A stretch of DNA of 64,000 nt. Origin: Dehalococcoidia bacterium. Lineage in GTDB: Bacteria > Chloroflexota > Dehalococcoidia > GIF9 > AB-539-J10. Below the pieces are notes generated by a model. That model made no database searches, was not told the origin of the DNA, and was given only the letters and a program-made list of their open reading frames with translations. Shown one piece after another: positions 47,140-55,804 of this stretch. The stretch spans positions 2,190 to 66,189 of the forward strand of contig SKVJ01000034.1 of NCBI GenBank assembly GCA_007129495.1, read 5' to 3'. A program made the position numbers and the translations under genes. Numbering within the stretch: the stretch's first letter is position 1; each line of letters begins with the position of its first letter.

Positions 47140-48540
47140 GTGCCTGAGAGGGAACAGCAGAACCAGCAGTACGACGCCATAATAGTGGGAGCCGGCCCCG
47201 CCGGCATTTTCGCGGCTCTTGAGCTTGCCGATTCCGGGCTGCGAGTTTTGCTGATGGAAAAGGGTCGCGATCTTGAGGACAGGATCTGTCCCATAGCCGG
47301 GCGGGCCGAAGGATGTGTGTCGTGCCGTCCCTGCAGCATGGTGAGCGGCTTCGGCGGTGCGGGTGCCTACAGCGACGGCAAGCTGACGCTGAGTCCCGAT
47401 GTCGGGGGGCTTCTGGACAGACTGCTTGAGCCGGATACGTTGCCGCAGCTCATCGAGTATGTGGATTCGAGGTACGTGCACTTCGGCGCTCCCGACCGTG
47501 TGTTTGGTGTTGGTCCTGCGGTTGATCCCTTGGTGAATCGCGCGATGCTGGCCGGACTGCGCCTGGTGCCGCTGAGGCTACGTCATCTTGGCTGCGAGTA
47601 TTGTCGGCGTGTTCTGGAGGAAATGCGAGCGCATCTGCGCTCCAGAGTCGACATAAGAGTTAATACGTCGGTGACCGACATCCGGTGCGACGGGCGGCGT
47701 ATTGTTGGTATAAGTACGTCGACAGGTGAGCGTGTGGATTGCCGCTACGTTATCTGCGCTCCTGGCCGCGAGGGGGCGGAGTGGCTCACGTGCCTGGCGC
47801 GTCGACAGGGACTCAGTATGGAAGCAAACCCGGTGGATGTGGGCGTCAGGGTTGAAGTACCTGCCCAGGTGACTGACGAGCTTTGTCGTGTCCTGTACGA
47901 GGCGAAACTTGAGTATTACTCAAAGACTTTCGACGACCGGGTACGTACGTTCTGCATGTGCCCGAATGGGGATGTGGTGATGGAAGCGACTGGTGGCGAT
48001 GATCCTGTGGTTACGGTCAACGGGGTCGGCTATGCCGAGCATTCCACGCCGAACACGAATTTCGCCGTACTGGTCTCCACCTCGTTTACCGAGCCGTTCC
48101 ATGAACCCATCGCCTACGGCAAGTACCTTGCGAGGCTGGCCAACCTTGTCAGCGGAGGCGTGCTGGTGCAGCGGCTGGGGGACCTGCTGGAAGGACGACG
48201 CTCTACCGAGGAACGCATCAGCCGCAGTCTTGTTCGGCCATCACTTCAGGCTGCTACTCCCGGTGACCTCAGCTTCGTGCTGCCGTACCGGTATCTGACC
48301 GATATTGTCGAGATGCTCAAGGTGCTGGATCGGATCGCGCCAGGGATAGCGTCGCCTCACACTTTGCTGTATGGCATCGAGGTGAAGTTCTACTCGGGCC
48401 GCCTTGACTTGAGCCCATGCCTGGAGACCGCTATCGAAAACCTGTTCGCAGTCGGCGACGGCGCGGGCGTCAGCCGCGGATTGGTACAGGCGTCTGTATC
48501 CGGAGTGGTGGCGGCACGTGAGATCATGCGGCGGGGTTGA
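47140..48540 (+). CDS. FAD-dependent protein (uncharacterised NAD(FAD)-utilising dehydrogenase, COG2509-like)
   Basis: DAIIVGAGPAGIFAALELA is the dinucleotide-binding motif. The C-terminal FAVGDGAGVSRG motif is also present. Start set to the GTG at 47140 after AGGGGG, which is uncertain. The track start at 46891 overlaps rsmA. Confidence 0.7.
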   Translation: MPEREQQNQQYDAIIVGAGPAGIFAALELADSGLRVLLMEKGRDLEDRICPIAGRAEGCVSCRPCSMVSGFGGAGAYSDGKLTLSPDVGGLLDRLLEPDTLPQLIEYVDSRYVHFGAPDRVFGVGPAVDPLVNRAMLAGLRLVPLRLRHLGCEYCRRVLEEMRAHLRSRVDIRVNTSVTDIRCDGRRIVGISTSTGERVDCRYVICAPGREGAEWLTCLARRQGLSMEANPVDVGVRVEVPAQVTDELCRVLYEAKLEYYSKTFDDRVRTFCMCPNGDVVMEATGGDDPVVTVNGVGYAEHSTPNTNFAVLVSTSFTEPFHEPIAYGKYLARLANLVSGGVLVQRLGDLLEGRRSTEERISRSLVRPSLQAATPGDLSFVLPYRYLTDIVEMLKVLDRIAPGIASPHTLLYGIEVKFYSGRLDLSPCLETAIENLFAVGDGAGVSRGLVQASVSGVVAAREIMRRG

Positions 48541-49049
48541 GCGGGAGGTCCTGTTCTGCGTGCTTCCTCAGCGGTCGTAGTTTCGTACACGGCCTCTCTT
48601 CGGAGCCACGCCCGCTGGGATGGACTCAGCTTGGTAGCGTAGAGGCCGCATATGTGCTACCGGTTGTCGTGTGCCCGATAGTCATCCGCGAGTGAAATGA
48701 GATTTATGCCAGTCCTTGCGTATCGTCGTAGCTGGTGGTGTCGTTCTGACATATAGGGACGACACAGGCCGGGCTTTCCGGGACACCATTGTTTCTCCTA
48801 ATCCCCCAAAGCCACCGGTTCGGACCTCGGGGCTTTCATCAGCCAGCGACTGCTATTGACAGACCGGAGATGGAATCAAGCACGGCCCCTTGAATCCATG
48901 GAGGGCGGACTGGAAGGCACTTGGACTTGATTACATGAGTATCGCCGCTGATAAGGTTTGTGATAGCGTTGATGAGAACGCTGACACACCGGCCTGGTTC
49001 AGAGCTCGAGTAGCGGAAGATCACCGGCTGCAACGAAAGAAGGTATGCG

Positions 49050-49229
49050 ATGGGCCTTGTCATAGGAATACTGTTATGCGGCATTGCCGCCTACAGCCTG
49101 ATTACTCTCGTATCGGTTGGCGGTGAGATGCCCACCGGCACCCGGGTCATTGTCGTGGTCACGCAGTTGTTGTTCCTTGCGGTGGGAGGGTTTCTCATAA
49201 GGTCCTTCTTCGCGACGCGCAAGAAGTGA
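49050..49229 (+). CDS. Possible 59-aa two-TM membrane protein (below the ORF-track cut-off)
   Basis: Hand translation gives MGLVIGILLCGIAAYSLITLVSVGGEMPTGTRVIVVVTQLLFLAVGGFLIRSFFATRKK. It has two clean hydrophobic helices and a basic tail. The RBS is weak (GAAGG). Confidence 0.35.
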   Translation: MGLVIGILLCGIAAYSLITLVSVGGEMPTGTRVIVVVTQLLFLAVGGFLIRSFFATRKK

Positions 49230-49603
49230 CTGTCCCTGATTCCTGGACCGGTACCGTATCGGGAGAGCGGTCTTTCGCAGTGCGGACATGACTGTGCACC
49301 GGCATCCAGGACCGCCGTTATACAGATGGCGTCTTCAGATCTGTCCCTTCGATCTTTGATTGATGCGGCTGGATACCAGGAGTAATCCCATACACCCCTC
49401 GCATTGTCACACTGAACATCGGCTGTCCGGAAATCTTTCCGGTGGCGCTGCGGTTCCTTCCACCCGGACATCGACAGGGGCTTCCGGCTCCTGGTGAACC
49501 ATCTGTGTCTATGGGCGGATGTTTGTGACCAGTCGTCATGGGAGCGTCCCAACAAGGCTCAGGCTGCAGCTCACGGGTGCCAGCGTACTAGGAATCTGCT
49601 GTG

Positions 49604-49752
49604 GACAAGAGAAGGGCACACTCACCTTCGCCTTGTCCGACTCCTCACCGATTACCTGCGCTGTTAACGCAAACTCTCAGACCAGGTTGTCGGCTTCGCG
49701 TCGATGAATGTGCCCAACAATAATCATCGCATATGATGATAGCCTTGTCAAG
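49604..49752. repeat. Direct repeat copy 1 (~150 bp)
   Basis: Hand-aligned to 50862..51011. Over about 145 positions I counted about 8 substitutions and 2 single-nt indels. Confidence 0.8.
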
Positions 49753-49941
49753 CGCTTATCGCGGGACGTGTGGATGTTCTACGATTCTGTCCTCCCCTAA
49801 GTGTTCAGCGAAAATGTCCGCATGGAGGAGGAGCGCGTTACAGGTTGAGATTGGCCCCGCCGCTCATTGCAGACAGAAATCACGGGATACCGGAGGGCCC
49901 GAGTCTACGGCGTCAGCCTGGGCATTACACGTGGCCTGGTA

Positions 49942-50646
49942 TCAGCCGCAACCCCTGCAGCCTCCGCCCCCGCCGCCGCCACCGACGCTTATAATTTCGA
50001 AGAGAGTGTCCTCGCCCGAGGCCGTTCGGGAGTATGCCTCGATCAGATCATCCAATGGCATAGTGATAGTATTGCCGACTATTGCATGAGAAATGCGCCC
50101 CGAAGGGTAGTCGAGCGCTCCATCTCTTCCCTGGCCACTGATGAGTTCGAATGTTGCCCCACACTCTCCGCAGGACAGGGCATCCTCTGCCCACGCGATG
50201 CTTGTTGCGCCGCAGTTGGGGCAGAAGACCGCCTGCGCGTAGAACCTGCCTTCGATGAAGTACCCCAGAAACGCGGCTGTTCCACCGTTCGCAGGCACCT
50301 CGAAGTGCACGTGGTCCTCCATTGTAGCCACTTCCCGGGAGATAGTGACGAGGTTACCTTCGATTAGTGTCTCGGCCCAGATGTTCCCGGGAGTGCTCTT
50401 CAGGGATTGTCCGGGCGACGTTCCGCCATCGGACTCAGGCTCCAATGGTATGGCAGGAGATTCCCCATTGCCATTTACTGCTGCCGGGGTTGGATCTGTG
50501 ACTTCCTCTGGATCGAGTGGAGGTTCTGTCGCGTCAGGAGATTCTCCGGGGACACATGCAGCTGTCAGCATCAGCAAAGTAGTGATGAGCAGCGGTACAG
50601 CCAGTCGTACCGACGTTCTTCTGTGCTTCGTGAGAATCTGGATCAC
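49942..50646 (-). CDS. Putative lipoprotein with a CxxC...CxxC zinc-ribbon-like motif and a Gly8-CRGCG C-terminus
   Basis: Carries the signal peptide plus LTAAC lipobox, a Pro/Glu/Asp-rich linker, FCPNCG...SCGECG, and the C-terminal SVGGGGGGGGCRGCG, which I verified codon by codon. Confidence 0.65.
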   Translation of the reverse strand: MIQILTKHRRTSVRLAVPLLITTLLMLTAACVPGESPDATEPPLDPEEVTDPTPAAVNGNGESPAIPLEPESDGGTSPGQSLKSTPGNIWAETLIEGNLVTISREVATMEDHVHFEVPANGGTAAFLGYFIEGRFYAQAVFCPNCGATSIAWAEDALSCGECGATFELISGQGRDGALDYPSGRISHAIVGNTITMPLDDLIEAYSRTASGEDTLFEIISVGGGGGGGGCRGCG

Positions 50647-50861
50647 GCGCTAATGATAGCATCTGTTGCGGCCCGTCGGGCGAAATTTTCGCGTATCCAG
50701 CACTGAATCTGGATGGTGAGAGCGATTGCACAACTGTATGGTCTGCCCAGCAGGCATCGGTCTCGAGGTATTCTGTTACGTCACTTCAGGTGCGCGCATG
50801 GCCCACGCGTTTATGATGGTCGGTGACCATAGGAGGGCAGGATTGTTCAGCCTGACATAAA

Positions 50862-51011
50862 GACAAACAGAAGGGCACACTCACCTTCGCTTGTCCGACT
50901 CCTCACCGATTACCTACGCTGTAAACGCAAACTCTCAGCCCTGATTATCGGCTTCGCGTCGATGAATGTGCCCAACAACAATCGTCGCATATGATGATAG
51001 CCTCTGTCAAG
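50862..51011. repeat. Direct repeat copy 2 (~150 bp)
   Basis: See copy 1. It has the same orientation and lies 1.26 kb away, on the other side of the lipoprotein gene. Confidence 0.8.
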
Positions 51012-51334
51012 TCGTACCCGCATGCGAGTGGGCGGATCGAGGTAACGTGGACGCGGCAATTGCCGATCGTATCCAGCCGGGGCTGGACAGGTTTCACTGT
51101 GACCCGGAACCCAATACGCGGGCAGCGCATCGCCGGCTTGGCGCCTCGTGTGTCCTGATCGGTACCCTGGCTGGAGGTGGGTGTCAACTCACACATAGTT
51201 GTGATACCGGAGAGGTATTGCCTGCAGTGAAGAGGGCATGTATCCTGAAGACAGCGTGATACAGCGCCGTAGCTCCTGGTACCGTGCTCTTCACAGTTCC
51301 TCAAGCCAGCTGCGAGGGATAGGAGGTGATAACA

Positions 51335-51637
51335 ATGGCAATGGTGAAAGTGCTACAGGAGCGCCTGGTCAAGAGAGACGACAGTCAAAGATTGCTGGAC
51401 CGCCTTCAGGAACTCAGGGCTGCTGCTCTCAGCCAACCCGGTTACGTGACCGGCGAGACGCTGTTCAAGGATGTGGATCCGGTAGCTGTGCTGGTTATCG
51501 CAACCTGGATATCCCGTGGGCACTGGGAGGCGTGGGAGACTTCGGAAGCACGGATGAGCCTGAACGACCTGATCATGCCGTTGCTGCTGGAAGAGCCGAG
51601 GACAAGCGTCTGCCGCATGGCTTTGGAGGAAGGCTAA
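51335..51637 (+). CDS. Antibiotic biosynthesis monooxygenase (ABM/Dabb-fold) domain protein
   Basis: Start trimmed to the ATG 8 nt after AGGAGG. The pattern PGYVTGETL......VLVIATW.S...WEAW is typical of the ABM fold. Confidence 0.7.
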   Translation: MAMVKVLQERLVKRDDSQRLLDRLQELRAAALSQPGYVTGETLFKDVDPVAVLVIATWISRGHWEAWETSEARMSLNDLIMPLLLEEPRTSVCRMALEEG

Positions 51638-51845
51638 GACAGTCCTAGGGGAAACGCCCGGTACACCCCCCTTGAAGCGCCGGGGTTGACCCGAATCGCC
51701 TGCCCTCCTCAACGCAGTGTTTGGCGCATAATCGTGCCCGGATTTGTCCGGCCCTCAGGGGCTGCAGGGGATGTCGGATTAACTGCCGTGGGAGGTCGAG
51801 GCGTGAGGAAAGTGATATCTTATGCTGGAATCGGAGGAGTCACAC

Positions 51846-52163
51846 ATGAGCATCTACCTGATCTCGACCATGACTATCCATGATCCGGCAACGTACCGCA
51901 GATACACGGCACTCACTCCACCCACGGTCAAACGCCACGGCGGACGTTTTCTCACACGAGGCGACGAGGTAGTCACGCTGGAAGGTGAGCCATTCAAAGA
52001 GCGAATGGTTATTATGGAATTTCCAGACCGGGAGCATGTGGAGGCATGGCTTAGAGACCCTGAATATGTCGCAGCAGCCCAGTACCGTTTCGCGGCGTCT
52101 ACCGGAAGGATCATTATTCAGGAAGGGCGGCCGAATACCGAAGATCCGGAGCCGCTGGTCTGA
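51846..52163 (+). CDS. DUF1330 domain protein
   Basis: Start trimmed to MSIYLISTMTIHD after GGAGGAG. Y..YT...P..V..HGGRFL.RG......EG......VIMEFPD...A..W..DPEY is the DUF1330 pattern. Confidence 0.75.
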   Translation: MSIYLISTMTIHDPATYRRYTALTPPTVKRHGGRFLTRGDEVVTLEGEPFKERMVIMEFPDREHVEAWLRDPEYVAAAQYRFAASTGRIIIQEGRPNTEDPEPLV

Positions 52164-52290
52164 TCCACCGCGATGCTTCCACCCCGGACCGTTCCCTCGC
52201 AGTACACATGCACAAGGACACTGCTGATGGTGCGTCCTTTACGGTTGTCCCTCTCCCGTCAGGCGTCCTGTTCGGGGCTGGCCTTTTCCG

Positions 52291-52476
52291 CTACTTCTTA
52301 ACTTCCCAGTATTTCGCGAGTATGCCGCTTCCTACCCAGCAGGCTACTGCCAGGATGATGCCGACTCCAAAGCGGTAGAGTGAAGTGAACAATCCCACCA
52401 ACAGCAGAATTGTACCTGCGAGGCCGATAAGGCTGACATAAGCCGTCTTCGCCTTCCTCGATACATTGCCGAACAT
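52291..52476 (-). CDS. Hypothetical small membrane protein (61 aa)
   Basis: Start trimmed to MFGNVSRK after AGGAGG. It has two hydrophobic helices. Confidence 0.45.
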   Translation of the reverse strand: MFGNVSRKAKTAYVSLIGLAGTILLLVGLFTSLYRFGVGIILAVACWVGSGILAKYWEVKK

Positions 52477-52718
52477 TGCTGCCTCCTGATTACGTGCCAG
52501 GTGAACCCCACCGTCAGAACGAAAGGGGGACATCTTCCCGTTGATAGTACCAGATGCCGGGCGGCACGCTCATGGTATCCGAGACCTGTTCCTGCCTGGA
52601 AAGTCTGTCTCCCGGAGCCGGAAACTCTTGACATCGCAATGATCGTATGCGAGTATTAGCGACATGTCTTTTCCTGAGAGTAAGGCGCAAGGACTTTGAT
52701 CCACGATACGAGGAGGTC

Positions 52719-52862
52719 ATGAACGTACGCGGTTCGCTATACAAGTTGGCTCGGATAATGGGTGATGTAAACGCAGCCAAGAAAGGTACGGTAGGCAAAA
52801 GAGTTGCAAGACGAACCGCCGGAAGGACTACCAGTCGAGGTCTGGGCAAACTGTTCAAGTGA
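52719..52862 (+). CDS. Hypothetical small basic protein (47 aa)
   Basis: Start trimmed to MNVRGSLYKLARIMGDVNAAKKG... directly after GAGGAGG. The protein is Lys/Arg-rich. I cannot name the family. Confidence 0.45.
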   Translation: MNVRGSLYKLARIMGDVNAAKKGTVGKRVARRTAGRTTSRGLGKLFK

Positions 52863-53238
52863 GCTGGTTGTCCACGGGCCGTAGCGTGTCGCTGCACCGG
52901 GTACTCTTTGCCGGCACAGGGAGTGAGCAATGCCACCACCAGAGGGTCCATCGACGGATCTCAACGATCCTGAAGTGCAGTTCCGAATTGCCTTGGGCGC
53001 TTGTATAGCGCAGGAGGTTCAGACGGGTCGGAATCGCGTGGAAGCTGCTGTTATATGTCGTCAGAGATTGAAGGAGCAACCGGAGATATATCAGCGCGAC
53101 GACACCGAGCGGTGAGGACTGTCCGGGGAGATTTACAGTCGGTGTTGGAGCGCCTTTCCGAGGCGCCGGCACCCGCCGGGGGTAAGTTCCCGGTGGAGCA
53201 GCAGTCTTCGGGATGGTCACGGTACGTCGCACAGGTGT

Positions 53239-53919
53239 TCATTTCCTGATCCTGGACTGTACTGCTTCACTCTCCAGTTCTCTGATGGCACGGGAGGCTA
53301 TCCAGCGGGCAGACCTCGAGTCCTGGCGCTGAATCTCCCGCGCAGTGCTCATCGCGGCTTCGTGCAACAGGCGGTTCCGCTTCCTTATGCTCCGCAATGC
53401 CCAGTTAACCGCTTTCTTGACCATATTGCGGTCATCCGATGCGCCTCGTGCTACCACCGAGAGCAACTCGATGAATCTGGAATCGTCCGCCTTCCTGTCA
53501 TGCGATGCGAGACGAGCTGCCAGAGCAAATGCAGTCCTTCTGACGAACTCCTCTTCCCTCTCAGACCAATCATAGATCTTCTTCCAGGCCAAAGGGCTCT
53601 TGTCATAGAGATTCATGCAGACCTGATCACATACATCCCAAGAGTCCACGTCCTGCACCCAGTCCTCCATCTGCTCTTCAGTCAGGGCAGCAGGGTCAGC
53701 GATCATGCTGGCTACTATCTGCGCCTCAGCTATACCGGTCTGCCACAGGTTCAGTGCAAGGTTGTGGTTTGTTCCAATGTCTCTCACCAGTAGCCTCATG
53801 TCGCGAACCGAGACACCGAGCCTTCGATCAACTGCCATTCCATATCTGGCCATTCCCTTCAGTTGATCAGGTCTGGCTTGGCTCTTCAGTCTATCCAGAA
53901 CATCCTGCACCGAAACCAT
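53239..53919 (-). CDS. DNA alkylation repair protein (AlkD-like HEAT-repeat family)
   Basis: L....A.P....GMARYGM......LGVSV..MR.L.......H.LA..LW..G..EA is the characteristic N-terminal pattern of the DNA_alkylation family. Confidence 0.8.
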   Translation of the reverse strand: MVSVQDVLDRLKSQARPDQLKGMARYGMAVDRRLGVSVRDMRLLVRDIGTNHNLALNLWQTGIAEAQIVASMIADPAALTEEQMEDWVQDVDSWDVCDQVCMNLYDKSPLAWKKIYDWSEREEEFVRRTAFALAARLASHDRKADDSRFIELLSVVARGASDDRNMVKKAVNWALRSIRKRNRLLHEAAMSTAREIQRQDSRSARWIASRAIRELESEAVQSRIRK

Positions 53920-54415
53920 GGTTCACTCCCCTGGTACTCAATTTCCCGTGAAGAACCCCCGGCGCGTCCGGACAGGTCTAAAGGGTCAAGGATACGTAAT
54001 TACCCTCTGAGGATGGTAGTCCATGTCCGGCACAGTGAGCAGGCCATCCCGCAGGACCGGCCACGTTATTGCGTCGCCAACCGTTTGGAATACAGCCCGC
54101 AACGTCACAGCCGCGCTGCCCCTTGGCCCGGGGCCCGAACAGTGGTATTCGTCGGCGGCTTGGTCCGGCTTTTTGACTCTCGAGAAGACGCCATGTATGC
54201 TGAAGGTGAGGTGTGAAGAATTGGCCAGTGCTTCAGTTATCATCATCGCCATTGTCTTCGGCCTTGCTGTGTACTTTGTGTACGGCAGGCGAGTTAGCCC
54301 TTACGTAAGGGAACTTGATCACAAAGTCTTTGCCTCGTCGCACAGCCCGGACGATCAGGTAGGCTAGGAACTCACTGGACGCTTCCGGAAGAGCCAGCGT
54401 GCCCATTGCTTGGTG

Positions 54416-55441
54416 TTACTGCTGTCTGGCGATTCCTTCATGGTATGCGAATAGCGCGGCAGTGCCACCGGTATGAATGAACACCACAGTGTCGGTCGAT
54501 TTGAATCGCCCCTCCCTGATTGAGCCAATGAGCCCGGCCATCGCCCTGCCCGTGTAGATGGGGTCAAGGAATATACCCTCGGTCTGAGCGACCAGCCTGA
54601 CGGCATCTATGCATTCTTCGTTCGGCATGGCGTAGAGGTCTCCGACACAGGCATCATGGATCTCTACATCACCTTCATCGACCAGTGTATCAATGCCTAG
54701 GTATTCTGCGGTAGCATTCGCCTGTTTGATCGTTGCCGCCACCGCATCTTCGGCTTTCCACAGGACGGTGTAGCCGATCACCCTGCAATCCGCTCCCAGG
54801 TACTTCATTCCTAAGGTCAGGCCTGCCTGAGTTGCTCCACTCGCATTCGCCAGGGCGACATAGTCAGCCTTAACGTTGCGGTCCCGCAATTGCTGAGTCA
54901 ATTCATCGGCACCATTCACCCAGCCCACAGGTGCGATGACAGCGGCAATGTGGGGTAAACTGTGTTTGAATATGAATGGGGTATAACCTTCCGAACGCAG
55001 TCGGTCGGCTGCGGCATCCAGCTTCTCTGATACGTGCGCGCCGCCAACCTGGGTCAAGTCAGATAATTCCAGGATTTCGATGTCGGATTCCAGAATATCG
55101 TGAAGCAGCAGGTTTCCCTGCCTCTCGTTGTGGACCCCTTTCAGCAGGACAAAGCAGGGCTTCATTCCCAGCATACGGGCCACTGCCGCTGCCTGAACGC
55201 AGGTGTTCGACTGGGAACTGGCAGTGCTCACGAGAGCATCGTACCCCTGCTCTCTGGCATATCCCAGTATGAACTCCTGCATACGGCATTTGTTTCCGCC
55301 AAGCGCCAGTCCCGTGAGATCTTCGCGCTTGATAAAGATGCGCGGCCCACCCAGAACTGATGAAAGGCGTCTGGCTTCGCTCAGCGGAGTCGGGTAGAAG
55401 CCCAACTTGAGTCGCGGTAGTCTTTCGATGCCGTGTATCAT
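54416..55441 (-). CDS. PLP-dependent ACC deaminase / D-cysteine desulfhydrase family protein
   Basis: Start trimmed to MIHGIERLPRL after GGGAGG. FIKREDLTGLALGGNKCR contains the PLP-lysine motif. Confidence 0.8.
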   Translation of the reverse strand: MIHGIERLPRLKLGFYPTPLSEARRLSSVLGGPRIFIKREDLTGLALGGNKCRMQEFILGYAREQGYDALVSTASSQSNTCVQAAAVARMLGMKPCFVLLKGVHNERQGNLLLHDILESDIEILELSDLTQVGGAHVSEKLDAAADRLRSEGYTPFIFKHSLPHIAAVIAPVGWVNGADELTQQLRDRNVKADYVALANASGATQAGLTLGMKYLGADCRVIGYTVLWKAEDAVAATIKQANATAEYLGIDTLVDEGDVEIHDACVGDLYAMPNEECIDAVRLVAQTEGIFLDPIYTGRAMAGLIGSIREGRFKSTDTVVFIHTGGTAALFAYHEGIARQQ

Positions 55442-55804
55442 GTCAGCCTCCCGTGTGGCATTCGGGCAATCCGACCCTGCCCAAGGGCTTAATCGTACTC
55501 TCTCCCCCCATTGCAGGTCATTCGGCATGCCGGTTTTGTGGCGATCCCGAAGTCATCGTCTATGTAACGTCATAACCCCCGTCTTTCATTATGCCCAATG
55601 TGGGAAAAATGCGGTGACGATCGAACTCCCGGATGTGGCAGTGATAGACAAGACATTCCGGCAGTGTTCGGCCTTTCACTCGTCGCGTTGATCTGTGCAC
55701 GATCATATGCTTACCGGACGCCCGGACTCCTCGCGAAGCAGTATCGAAAGAGTGTGCTCTCTAACTGAAGGCTCCAGGGTGCCGCCGCAGGTTGGCTTCC
55801 AGAG

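Noticed and set aside
49091-49555. A 154-aa minus-strand ORF in the gene-poor stretch.
   Set aside because: Its composition is Arg/His/Trp/Cys-rich, it has no RBS and I recognise no motifs. It overlaps a more plausible small membrane ORF on the other strand.
49604-51011. Interpreting the direct repeats as integron attC sites flanking a gene cassette.
   Set aside because: GCCCAAC (an RYYYAAC-like R'' box) is present in each copy, but I could not find a correctly placed GTTRRRY partner or the extended imperfect palindrome. No integrase or attI is in the window. The idea is left only as an untested possibility in the finding.
50945-51304. ORFs 50945-51304(-) and 50966-51259(+), which overlap repeat copy 2.
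   Set aside because: Both are Cys/Arg-rich with no RBS. The similarity between the repeat copies is at the nucleotide level and stops abruptly, which argues against a duplicated coding segment.
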